A stretch of DNA of 64,000 nucleotides, from positions 8,060 through 72,059 of IMG/VR virus record IMGVR_UViG_3300028045_000010; one strand, written 5' to 3'. This document shows, piece after piece, positions 26,449-36,283 of the stretch (within the stretch, counting starts at the first letter, position 1; each line of letters opens with the position of its first letter). This DNA is from a virus. Below the pieces are notes generated by a model. It worked only from the letters and a program-made list of their open reading frames with translations, was not told the DNA's origin and ran no database searches. The translations under genes were made by a program, and so were the position numbers.

Positions 26449-29400
26449 TAAGATACGCTAAACATAGAAACTCCTCCTTTTGGATTTTCTTTTATCTGCT
26501 CATCAGTAAGGCTTTTTGTTTCTTTAGAAACTTGAATTATATTATCAACAAAATCTTTAATTTCATTTTTATGAGTTATAATTAAAACATTTTGATACTT
26601 GTTTTTAAGATATTCAAATACATTTTCCATATCCATTGTAAGCTCATCATCTAAAGAACCAAACCCTTCATCAATAATACACAAAGAAGGCTTTGTAAGA
26701 GAGCTGACGAAGTGTAAAGAATCTCTAATTGCAACACTTCCTACAAAAACTTGTGAACCTGAGGCTTGCGACATTGGAAGAGCATCTTTCTCTGGTGAGT
26801 TGAAATAAAATATTTCTCTTATGTCTCCATTTGTTTTTATCTGCATCTCTATTTTAAAATCAACAAGATTTTTCAATATTGAATTTATTCTATGATTTAT
26901 AATGGGAAGTTTATTTCTTATAATTCTAGCTGGTATTCCATCTCTATGAATTGCCTGAAGGTATATTGCATATTTACCATAATTCTTTTCTGCTTCAGTA
27001 ATTTTGTTTAAATTTTCTTTAAAATTTATAATATTATTTTTAGCAATACTTATTTTTAATTTAGATTCTGTAATTTTTTCATTTAATTGATATACCCTAA
27101 GTTTACATCCCTTTTTTTGAAAGTTAAATTCTTCTATTTCTTTTTCTAAAATTAAATTTATTTCAATAGCATCTTTATTTTTACTGATTAAAACTATCTC
27201 ATTTTCCAGTCTTTCATTATGCTTTTCACTTTCAGACAAAACTCCTCTCAAAGACTCAAGTTTTTTTGAATTATTTTCAACAGAAATATTATGCTCTTTT
27301 ATTTTTGATATATTTTTAGACACTTCTAAGTCTTTGTTAAAGTTTTCTATTTGACTTTTAATAGATATTAATGAGTTTTTTAATGAATCAAATTTGTTTT
27401 TACTTTTATCAAATTCATTATTATTTTTTAGTATATTATTTGCCTTTTTTAACTTTTCTTTTGTGTTTGATAACACACCTTCTCCTCTCAATAAATCTTC
27501 TTCACATTTTTTTTGAATTTCTTGGTCTGCCTTTTTTTCTACATTTCCACATGTGGGACATTTTTTTCCTTTTGAAACCTCTAGATTATTTCTTAATTTT
27601 AATAGTGCAGATTCTATTTTAATAACTTCATCATTTATTAATTCTATATTTTCTTCTTTTTGTTTTGGGTTTTCCTTAATCCAAACCTCTAAAGCAATAT
27701 ACTCATTTCTAAGGTTTTTAAATTTATTTCTTTCAGATTTTATATTACTTTCAATTTCAGAAAAAGATAAAACATTTTTATTTGGCACTTCTTTTTTGAA
27801 ATTCTTAGAAATCCAATCCTCTAAATTTTTAATTAGCTCTTTTGTTTTTTCATTATTAATATTTAATTTAGAAATTGCTAAATTTATCTCATCTACAGTT
27901 TTATGTTCAGTTTTTTCAACTTTTATTAAAGACTTAGTTTTATCTAAAATATTTTTATCATAATCTTCTTGTTCTTTTTCTACTTCTAAAATTTCTTTCT
28001 TATAAGTTTCTATTATTTGCTCATTACTTTTTAATAATTTCTCCTCACTTTCTATATTTAACTTATAATCTTTTGGGTTTCCAAGAACTTTTTGTCTAGC
28101 TTTTATTTCATTGAATTTATTTTTTGCAAAATCATATCTATCTCTGAAAATTTCAAGACCTAAGTATTTATTTATTAAATCATTTTTAGGCTGTTGACTC
28201 ATACTTACATAGTTTCCTTCTCCATTTTGAGCTTGAAGAACAATTTTTGTAAAATCATCAAACTTACCAACAGATTTTACTATAACATTATCTCTCTCCG
28301 TCTTTTCTGTAGCGCTAGTTTCTGAATCTACATTCTCCCACTTATATGAACCATCTTCCTTAAGTGTATATTTTTTATATTGTATTCCGTATGATACATC
28401 TGGCGTTCCGTCTCTCTTCTCTTTTACGGTTACAGTTCTTTCGATATAATATTTTTGAGAGGCTATAGTTAAATAAACTCTACCTCCACCTTTGTTGTCA
28501 GAAGTGTACATATTAACAAGTCTATAACTGTCACCACCACCCAGCATTTTTTTATATAAAATCCAAACTAAAACTCTTATTAAATTTGATTTTCCATTAA
28601 AGTTTTTACCAAAAATACCAGTCACTCCTTTAAGTCTATTAAAAGTAAATTCAGTTTTTTCTTCAGGAAATGAATATAAGTTCCAAACTTCCATTTTATC
28701 CAGAAACCATTTTTGTCCTTTTTCAGAAATGTAATTAAGCTCCTTGTCTATTTTTTTAGACAACTCTACAACCTCTTCTTCATTATCATATTCGCTATTT
28801 TCTACAAACTCTTTTAGCAGCTTAATAAATTCATCTGAATTAGAGTAGTCAACCTCTTCATCAATAGAAACATTTAATTCTTCATCTTTTTTTATAAAGC
28901 TACATTCTACTGATACTTTATCACAGCCATATTTTGTTTTTACAATTTTTTCTATTTGTTTTTCTTTTTCTACAGAATAATTTTCCTCATAATCTTCCCA
29001 GACTATCTCAACCCTTGTTTTTTTTGGGTCATTTGATAAGATTAATTCATCAACTCTCTCTTCAACCAACTCTCCTTTTGATATGTGTAATTTAGAAAAT
29101 CCTACATCATTAAGTATAGTTTTCATTTTAAAAGTACTACTGTTTAAATTCCACATTAAATAACCTTTTTCCATAGATTCTCCAAAACCTTGTTGAATTA
29201 AACTCCCACTATAAGCAATACTTTCATTTTTAGAGCCTTTTGGACAAAACGCTTGATGCTCATGTATATCTCCAAGCATTACTATATCAAAATTGTCAAA
29301 AGTAGAAAGTCGCATTAAATCATCTCCCTTAATTTCATATCCATTATCTCCTCTACATCCATATACAGGCCCGTGATATAGAGCTATGTATTTTTTGTTG

Positions 29401-29900
29401 GGGTCCTTTTTGGTTAAGTTTAATATTTCATTATCTATGCAAGAATATATTCCATAAACAATACCATCTTCTACTTCATAAAATCCACTTTCTTTAAAGA
29501 AGTAAATTCCAAAATCTTTACCTGTATGCTCAGTTAGAGTAGGATTTTCTTTAGTTATATAATATCCATTATTAAGAAGTTTTATAATTGGGTCTAAAGC
29601 ATTTCCTTGAGATAAAGACTGTAAATTTAGGTCATGATTTCCAAGGAGAATATCTACAGGAGCTATTTTAGAAAGCTCTTCCATAAGCCACCCAGCTAAA
29701 ACCATTGAATTTGGAGATAGAGTAATTTTAATGTGAAACAAATCTCCTGTTAATACAATTCTTTTAGGCTTTTCTATTTTTAAGTCATCAATAGTTCTTT
29801 GGAAAACTTCCTTATACTCTTCGTGTCTACTTCCATATCTAATGTGAATATCAGATATGTGTGCTATAGAATTATTTATATCTACTTTAACTTTATCCAT
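26445..29900 (-). CDS. fused SbcD(Mre11/gp47)-SbcC(Rad50/gp46) nuclease-ATPase
   Basis: DIH, GD, GNHD, GDIH phosphoesterase motifs; GKNFNGKS Walker A; CPTCG hook; ASGSQ; IIDEGFGSLD. Confidence 0.9.
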   Translation of the reverse strand: MDKVKVDINNSIAHISDIHIRYGSRHEEYKEVFQRTIDDLKIEKPKRIVLTGDLFHIKITLSPNSMVLAGWLMEELSKIAPVDILLGNHDLNLQSLSQGNALDPIIKLLNNGYYITKENPTLTEHTGKDFGIYFFKESGFYEVEDGIVYGIYSCIDNEILNLTKKDPNKKYIALYHGPVYGCRGDNGYEIKGDDLMRLSTFDNFDIVMLGDIHEHQAFCPKGSKNESIAYSGSLIQQGFGESMEKGYLMWNLNSSTFKMKTILNDVGFSKLHISKGELVEERVDELILSNDPKKTRVEIVWEDYEENYSVEKEKQIEKIVKTKYGCDKVSVECSFIKKDEELNVSIDEEVDYSNSDEFIKLLKEFVENSEYDNEEEVVELSKKIDKELNYISEKGQKWFLDKMEVWNLYSFPEEKTEFTFNRLKGVTGIFGKNFNGKSNLIRVLVWILYKKMLGGGDSYRLVNMYTSDNKGGGRVYLTIASQKYYIERTVTVKEKRDGTPDVSYGIQYKKYTLKEDGSYKWENVDSETSATEKTERDNVIVKSVGKFDDFTKIVLQAQNGEGNYVSMSQQPKNDLINKYLGLEIFRDRYDFAKNKFNEIKARQKVLGNPKDYKLNIESEEKLLKSNEQIIETYKKEILEVEKEQEDYDKNILDKTKSLIKVEKTEHKTVDEINLAISKLNINNEKTKELIKNLEDWISKNFKKEVPNKNVLSFSEIESNIKSERNKFKNLRNEYIALEVWIKENPKQKEENIELINDEVIKIESALLKLRNNLEVSKGKKCPTCGNVEKKADQEIQKKCEEDLLRGEGVLSNTKEKLKKANNILKNNNEFDKSKNKFDSLKNSLISIKSQIENFNKDLEVSKNISKIKEHNISVENNSKKLESLRGVLSESEKHNERLENEIVLISKNKDAIEINLILEKEIEEFNFQKKGCKLRVYQLNEKITESKLKISIAKNNIINFKENLNKITEAEKNYGKYAIYLQAIHRDGIPARIIRNKLPIINHRINSILKNLVDFKIEMQIKTNGDIREIFYFNSPEKDALPMSQASGSQVFVGSVAIRDSLHFVSSLTKPSLCIIDEGFGSLDDELTMDMENVFEYLKNKYQNVLIITHKNEIKDFVDNIIQVSKETKSLTDEQIKENPKGGVSMFSVSY

Positions 29901-30963
29901 TTTGGTCTTTTAATATTTCTTTTTTCATTTGTTCCCAATCTTCTTTTAGCTTTTTTTCATCTACATAATGTGATTTTTTACCTTTTTCTTTAAGTGCTAA
30001 TTTTTGAAACATATATTGGAAATCAATTTTTCTACAAGTTCTTAGAAGTTCTACTGTAGCATTCTTTCCATTTTTCTTAACAAACTCATCTATATCATCT
30101 TTTATTTCAACAAAATACACATCTAAACCATAAGACGTTAGCTCATTATATAAAGATATACTGTCATATAGAGCATCTTCATCTAAGCAGAGTATAACTC
30201 TACTTTTGTGTTCCTTTAATTTTTTTACTATAAACTCTGAAGGAACTTTCCCTAACATTGGAATTGCGTTATAAAGGTGAATCATATCAAAAACTCCCTC
30301 AACTAAAATTATTGGTAAATCAAAGTTTATATTTTTAGAATTAAATATAATCTCTGTTCTAGCCACCTCTTCTTTTGGCGGTCCCATGTAATTTGGTTTT
30401 ATAAAATCATAATAAGAACGTCCAACATAATAGTTAACTTGTCCATATTCATTATATGATGGAAAAATTATTCTATATTTTCTATTGCCTTTATTTTCCG
30501 TATATCCTATATTATATTTCTTAATCAAATCCCAACTTAAAGCTCTTTGGCCCTTCTTTTTTCCTGTAATATACATTACAGCAGATTTATAGTATTTACT
30601 ATCACTTTTTTTAGTGAGAGGATTAAATCCTTCTGGAAGTTGGCAAACTATAAGCTCATTATACTCTTTAGTTTTTTGATTATTTTTTATGTAATTCTTC
30701 TTAGGTAGTACAGAGCTTATTCTTTCTAAGTCATCTTTATTTCCATAGTCTTCAGCTATCCTATGTGCGGTGCCACTATATTTACACTTCCAACAGTGGA
30801 AGATGTTGTTTTTAGAATTATAAGCAAGATTATACTTTTCATCGTGCCTACAAATTTTTGATTTACAATTAAATTCATACTCCTTAAGGTTTATAGACTC
30901 TTTTTTAGGAGCTCCTAAAATCTTAATTAAGATGTTTAATATTATTTGAGAAGTATTGTTCAC
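29893..30963 (-). CDS. DNA primase (Zn finger + TOPRIM)
   Basis: CKSKIC...FHCWKC; LVEGVFD; LDED; KDDID. Confidence 0.85.
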   Translation of the reverse strand: MNNTSQIILNILIKILGAPKKESINLKEYEFNCKSKICRHDEKYNLAYNSKNNIFHCWKCKYSGTAHRIAEDYGNKDDLERISSVLPKKNYIKNNQKTKEYNELIVCQLPEGFNPLTKKSDSKYYKSAVMYITGKKKGQRALSWDLIKKYNIGYTENKGNRKYRIIFPSYNEYGQVNYYVGRSYYDFIKPNYMGPPKEEVARTEIIFNSKNINFDLPIILVEGVFDMIHLYNAIPMLGKVPSEFIVKKLKEHKSRVILCLDEDALYDSISLYNELTSYGLDVYFVEIKDDIDEFVKKNGKNATVELLRTCRKIDFQYMFQKLALKEKGKKSHYVDEKKLKEDWEQMKKEILKDQNG

Positions 30964-31047
30964 TTATTTGTATTTATATGTACAAATATAAAAAAATAAG
31001 AGATATTTTACAATTATTTGTTATAATAAATTAATTATTGTTAACAA

Positions 31048-31620
31048 TTAATCTTTAGAAATATTTTTTTGAGTTTTTTCTCTTGTAATTATATCGCATA
31101 AACCACAAACATAAGCGTCTGACATATCAAAATTCTCTTTCATTAATTTATGTGTTCTTTTTGAATATTTCCAGTTAATTTGAGGTTCTCTTTCTACAAC
31201 GTTTTCCCAAATGATATATTTTTTATTTGGTGCACTTTGTGGAATTTTTAAATCTGGGAAGGCTGTCTTTCTTGCTGTATTTACATTATAATATCTAGGT
31301 ACTGTTCCAAATTTTCTATATAAATATCCACTAATCATAGCGTTCATAAAAGTTAACTTTTGTATAGTATCTGCATTTGAAAATCTGCCTTTAAATTTCT
31401 TTAAAGGCTCTTCTATTGATATGTGTTCAATTTTATGTTCTGAATTTTCCAACCCAAGAGCAGAGCTTAATGTGTCCATGTATTTAATGAAGTCGTCTAA
31501 CCTTTCAAATAAAGTTGTTTTTTCTTTAAATTTAATATACTCTAAACTACAAATTTGATTTTCGCTATCAAATAAAGATATTCCTACTACAGTTGTCGAT
31601 ATGTCTAATCCTAATGTCAT
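31048..31620 (-). CDS. RuvC-like Holliday junction resolvase
   Basis: LGLDISTT, ISIEEP, DMSDA. Confidence 0.8.
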   Translation of the reverse strand: MTLGLDISTTVVGISLFDSENQICSLEYIKFKEKTTLFERLDDFIKYMDTLSSALGLENSEHKIEHISIEEPLKKFKGRFSNADTIQKLTFMNAMISGYLYRKFGTVPRYYNVNTARKTAFPDLKIPQSAPNKKYIIWENVVEREPQINWKYSKRTHKLMKENFDMSDAYVCGLCDIITREKTQKNISKD

Positions 31621-31716
31621 TTTTTTTACTTTTTTATAAAATACATTTATTTAAAAAAAAGTAAACAAAAAAGCCTGAACATTTAATCCAGGCCTTCAAT
31701 GTTTAATTATAAAAAT

Positions 31717-32877
31717 TTACATTTCTAAATTTATTTCAAAAGTTATAGCGTTAACATAATTTTTTTCAACTGGTTCGCTTAGTTTTGCGACAGCTATAAG
31801 TTCTCCAAGAGGATTGTATAGACCAACTTCAGTTACATATATAGAGTCAAAATTAACAAAACCTTCTTCACTGTTTATTTGTGCCAAAGCCTTATCTGAG
31901 TCCCAAGTTTTATTATTAGATATATAAAATTGCTGAGGAAGCGCTAAGCACACCGAAGTCATTTTAAATGAAGTGTCTATATCTTTAAATGACAATAAAG
32001 AACCTTCAGAACTTGCATCTGATAAATTACTCCCAGTAAAGTGTATTTTAGTTTTACTTCCAACATTAAAGTCATCAGTATATGCAGAGCCGTCTGAAGT
32101 GAATCCAGATGTCCAGGGAAAATTATTTACAATTTGTGGGTGAGTTATGACCATATAGCCTTTATCTAAAACTGCAAAACCACAAGGTATGTCATAATTA
32201 TAACCATCTCTACCGTTAGGATATCCAGCATCAACTGCTACTGCATAATTTATACTAGAAGATGGTCTTTGGTCTGTATTATAAAAATCTCTTATTTCTG
32301 TGTTAGAAACTGCGCCTACCCTATCTTTATAGTCACCAGTTGGGTCCCAAGATGTTACGGTAGAGTTATTTATAGCATCATCTAACTCGTTTCTTGTTTT
32401 TCCAGTGTAAGGTAGATTTATATCGTCAGAAAATAAAAATACTACATTATCTCCTAATAATATGTTTGATTCAGACTTTAAAGCATTTGACGAGCTGTAT
32501 GTACTAGATATCAAAGTAACTCCTGACAATTCATTAGGAGTTGCACTTCCGCTAACAGGAACTCTAAAGTTAATAGTTTTTCCATCTATAAATTCACTAT
32601 ACTCACTTGCTGGTATAGGTGTTATTATAATTTGGTCAACATTTAACTGTTGAAGTTCTGGGAATATTTTTGACATATCGCTAGTAGTAGGTAAAGCTCC
32701 GCTTTTATATGGCAAATTAAAAGACATAAAATAATTGCCTTTTTTGTCGGTAATATTATCTCTATCACATAGAGTGTATGTTAATTCAGTTTCAAATAAG
32801 CTCTTTATTTGAGAAGACTCCCTTTGAAGTGCTATATATGAATCTACTTTTTTTGTAAATCTAGAATCTGCAATCAT
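31717..32877 (-). CDS. virion (baseplate/tail-collar) protein
   Basis: C-terminal YVTEVGLYNPLGELIAVAKLSEP motif. Confidence 0.65.
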   Translation of the reverse strand: MIADSRFTKKVDSYIALQRESSQIKSLFETELTYTLCDRDNITDKKGNYFMSFNLPYKSGALPTTSDMSKIFPELQQLNVDQIIITPIPASEYSEFIDGKTINFRVPVSGSATPNELSGVTLISSTYSSSNALKSESNILLGDNVVFLFSDDINLPYTGKTRNELDDAINNSTVTSWDPTGDYKDRVGAVSNTEIRDFYNTDQRPSSSINYAVAVDAGYPNGRDGYNYDIPCGFAVLDKGYMVITHPQIVNNFPWTSGFTSDGSAYTDDFNVGSKTKIHFTGSNLSDASSEGSLLSFKDIDTSFKMTSVCLALPQQFYISNNKTWDSDKALAQINSEEGFVNFDSIYVTEVGLYNPLGELIAVAKLSEPVEKNYVNAITFEINLEM

Positions 32878-32903
32878 TTTATTTATTTATTTAATTAATT
32901 TAT

Positions 32904-33317
32904 TTATCTTTTAAGTACAGGAAATGCTCCAGGTACAGTAGAAAATGTTCTAACAACGCTTTTAGTATATTTAAAAGATAAAGAAAACGTTCCAATATCT
33001 CCATTTCCTACCATAACATTTGAAGGGTTACCATAGAATTGAAAATTAATAGTTTTACTCCTAGTTGAACCTGATGAATCTAGAACTACCGAACCTTCTT
33101 TTGTTGTGTTTACCCAACCTATAAGAGCTTGCCTTAGTCCTTCGTCAAAATTACTCATCACACCCCAATCATTATATATTACATTTTGATTTGAATCAAA
33201 AACAACTTGTTCAATTGGAGTTTTTGATTCAGTCTGTGGTGCTGGGCCTAATCTTTTCGTTCTTGGGACTGGGCTATAGTCTTTGGAAACTTTTCTTGGT
33301 GGTGATACGCTTTTCAT
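32904..33317 (-). CDS. hypothetical virion-associated protein
   Basis: Lies within the structural operon. Confidence 0.5.
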   Translation of the reverse strand: MKSVSPPRKVSKDYSPVPRTKRLGPAPQTESKTPIEQVVFDSNQNVIYNDWGVMSNFDEGLRQALIGWVNTTKEGSVVLDSSGSTRSKTINFQFYGNPSNVMVGNGDIGTFSLSFKYTKSVVRTFSTVPGAFPVLKR

Positions 33318-33322
33318 AATTT

Positions 33323-34039
33323 TTAATTTGTTGTGTTATTTGGGTTTGGAACTGATTTACTGCCAAATTTACTTGGAGAAATCTTTTTAGATATCATTTG
33401 ATAATCTTTCAACTTAACAGTTTTTGCTGTAGCCGTTTCAAATTGTATTGTAACTATATTACTATCTTCTTCAATACTTGGATAGATAATTCTCATTCTA
33501 TATCCAGGATTTCCTCCTGATGGCTCTAAAAGATTTATTACCAATTCATTATCTTTCATTACTAAGTCTCCAAAAACTTTTGGAAGAACATCATAAGTAG
33601 CTTCTAAAGTAGCTTCTTGATTAATTAAAGTTATTAATTCTTGTGTTATAACAGTTTCTAATTTAGATAAATCTTTATTTAAATCCATCACTATGTCTTT
33701 TTTACTTGTTATATACTCTAAAGTATCAAGTTCAGTTGCGAGAGACGCATCTTGTGGACTAATTAAGTTTGTTAAAGTTCTACCCTTAGCTCCAGTTATA
33801 TTCCCTTCATTCTCTCCAGATAAATCAGGAATATCACCAGAAGTTAATAGGTCTGGTAATTTATAATTTACATCTGGGTCTCCTAAGGAAAATCTTTCCA
33901 CTTGTAATCTATCCACCTGAGTTCCGTCTGATAGTTCGACAAACCTAGGGTTGTTTTCGTCTTGAAATAAGTATTTTCTTCCTATCTCTGTCAGATAAGC
34001 TGTTGCATATACTGTAGTTGCTGATGTTATTGCTCCCAT
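33323..34039 (-). CDS. virion structural protein
   Basis: AYLTEIGRKYL...FSLGDPDVNY; N-terminus similar to 34060 (KLTDAGRRQL...LSDREVNY). Confidence 0.6.
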   Translation of the reverse strand: MGAITSATTVYATAYLTEIGRKYLFQDENNPRFVELSDGTQVDRLQVERFSLGDPDVNYKLPDLLTSGDIPDLSGENEGNITGAKGRTLTNLISPQDASLATELDTLEYITSKKDIVMDLNKDLSKLETVITQELITLINQEATLEATYDVLPKVFGDLVMKDNELVINLLEPSGGNPGYRMRIIYPSIEEDSNIVTIQFETATAKTVKLKDYQMISKKISPSKFGSKSVPNPNNTTN

Positions 34040-34059
34040 TTTTTATTTAATTTATTATT

Positions 34060-36102
34060 TTAAAAATCTATTTGTAATTGAAAAGTTAAAAATCTTCCTT
34101 CGTTTTTCTTTATTGGATATGTAGGCTTTCCTGCTGCTACCAAATTCCCAGCATTATCTAATATCCCAACTTCTGTTATATATGTATTATTGTCTAAGCT
34201 ACTAAAAGTAAAGTTGTTAGAAGAGTTGAAAGAATCATTTTTAGCAAATGTTGTTATTACGGTTTTGTATGTTGTGGACAAAATATCAGCATCCACATTT
34301 CCAAACAAAAACGATTCGTCTCCAAAAGTAAGTCCAGTTAAACTGTGGTCATCATTATTAGTAAATATACTATCTAAAGAATAAGTTGTTCCACTATCAT
34401 AGTCTTCTTGAGATATTATAAATTGATATCCATTAAGTTTGTTTGGCTCTATTGTTAAATCACTAGTATCGCCAGTATATATTCCATTTCCAACTACTGA
34501 TGATATTAATTTCCAATCTGTTGATGGAATATCTGACAAAGTCGTTATTTCAGAAGATGTACCAATATCTTGTTCGCTAACTAGTAGTTGAACTTTGTTG
34601 GCGTTCCATCCTGTTCCAGAAAAAGGAGATGTTGCATCCATATTTATGCTACTTCTTAAGTACGGAAAAGAGTTTGTTGGAAATGTAGCTGTTAAAAATT
34701 GATTATTTCCATTGCTATCAGTTTCTCCATCTATTTGCTGCACATATCCACAATGTAAAGCTTGAGGATAGCCAAAAGTCGAACCTGATGAATATGTTGA
34801 GTCGCTTTCTGTTATATAAGTGGCAAAATAAGTTTTTCCAGATTTACATAATCCAGTTGCTTGAACTGTTGTTAAAGGATATTTAGGCGTAGATGCTAAA
34901 TTTAAATTTAATTCAGGTAATGTATAGTTTCTATTTGACTTATAAGTCATTGCTGTTAACATTTCAGCATCTGTTATTATTATTAATTTAAGCTTATGAT
35001 AAACTCTACCAACTATTTTACTTGTACTAGAAACTCCATCTCGCAAATCTCTATAAGTACTATTGGATACAGTATCAGTATTCGTTATTCCTTGAACATC
35101 ATAAAGAGTTACTCCAAACTCTAAACCTCCACCATTATCTTCGGTAGAATTATGCCACATTATATAAGGCAAATCTACTCTTACACTTGTCTCTACAAAC
35201 TGTTCCGCATAAGTATTTCCAGTATACTCATTTGTATAGTGCAATATTCCTATAGCAACTGTGTTTTTATCAAATCCTAAATAGGCTTTAGTGCCATTAT
35301 AATCTATAGAACCATAAGATGTATATCCGCTAGTTGCGTCTGTCACTCCTTCTACACTTTGAGTTCTTATTATATTCATATTCCAAACTTCTGGGTTGAT
35401 AGTTGCTCCTGTTCCGTAATATGTTTCAACTCCATTATATGGATAAAAATAAGTATTTATAGTCTGAGCATTTGTTGATGATGCAAAGTCTGGGGTTGGT
35501 CTGTCTAAATTTATTGTGTCAGAACCGTTTGTAGCCGTTACTCTGTACCATAAAGAAACTGTTGGATTGCCAGAAGGCACTAAGACGTCTGTATATGTAG
35601 CACCACTATTTTGTATTGGCTCCCAAGGTATAAACACTAAATCTCCTGCATTAGGAAAGTAAGAGCCTCCAGGGTTATCAAGCAAAACAGATGTTCCTCC
35701 ACCTAATGGAGATGTGGTATACGTAATTGTATTAAAATTTCCTAATAATTTTGTTGTATCTATTGCTGTAGATGCACTACTTATTGTCGACCCAGTAAAC
35801 ATTCCATAACTTCCTGTAGCTCCTGTTGCAAATTGTTTTGCAGAAACTAATTGATTTCCCTCTAAAGGGATTGCATTAGTTGAGTCAAAGTTTATAGAAA
35901 AACCAGGCTCTGTATCTACTGGTGATATTATTCTATTGTTAGTTATATCATACTTCTCAGTTCTATCTATTCCGTAATTTACTTCTCTATCAGAAAGAAC
36001 TGCACTAGTAAAGTTAAGACTTCCCAAAGAAAGCTGTCTTCTGCCTGCATCAGTTAATTTAACATTAATAAATGTTTTAGGTTCGTTTAAAATATATCCC
36101 AT
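34060..36102 (-). CDS. virion (baseplate/tail-collar) protein
   Basis: C-terminal YITEVGILDNAGNLVAAGKP motif. Confidence 0.65.
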   Translation of the reverse strand: MGYILNEPKTFINVKLTDAGRRQLSLGSLNFTSAVLSDREVNYGIDRTEKYDITNNRIISPVDTEPGFSINFDSTNAIPLEGNQLVSAKQFATGATGSYGMFTGSTISSASTAIDTTKLLGNFNTITYTTSPLGGGTSVLLDNPGGSYFPNAGDLVFIPWEPIQNSGATYTDVLVPSGNPTVSLWYRVTATNGSDTINLDRPTPDFASSTNAQTINTYFYPYNGVETYYGTGATINPEVWNMNIIRTQSVEGVTDATSGYTSYGSIDYNGTKAYLGFDKNTVAIGILHYTNEYTGNTYAEQFVETSVRVDLPYIMWHNSTEDNGGGLEFGVTLYDVQGITNTDTVSNSTYRDLRDGVSSTSKIVGRVYHKLKLIIITDAEMLTAMTYKSNRNYTLPELNLNLASTPKYPLTTVQATGLCKSGKTYFATYITESDSTYSSGSTFGYPQALHCGYVQQIDGETDSNGNNQFLTATFPTNSFPYLRSSINMDATSPFSGTGWNANKVQLLVSEQDIGTSSEITTLSDIPSTDWKLISSVVGNGIYTGDTSDLTIEPNKLNGYQFIISQEDYDSGTTYSLDSIFTNNDDHSLTGLTFGDESFLFGNVDADILSTTYKTVITTFAKNDSFNSSNNFTFSSLDNNTYITEVGILDNAGNLVAAGKPTYPIKKNEGRFLTFQLQIDF

Positions 36103-36140
36103 TTTCTATTTACTCTTTTAAAGAATTTAGTATAATATAA

Positions 36141-36188
36141 TTTTTAAAATATTAAAGTAAACTTTTGATTACTTTAATATTTTAAAAA
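36141..36188. repeat. perfect 20-bp inverted repeat in a divergent promoter region
   Basis: tttttaaaatattaaagtaa-acttttga-ttactttaatattttaaaaa. Confidence 0.75.
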
Positions 36189-36283
36189 AATAGTTTCCTT
36201 AGCAATAAATAGATTATAAAAAAAAATAGAAATAATTTTATAAGTTTTTTTGCTGTGATATTTATTAATAAACAATTTTATAA

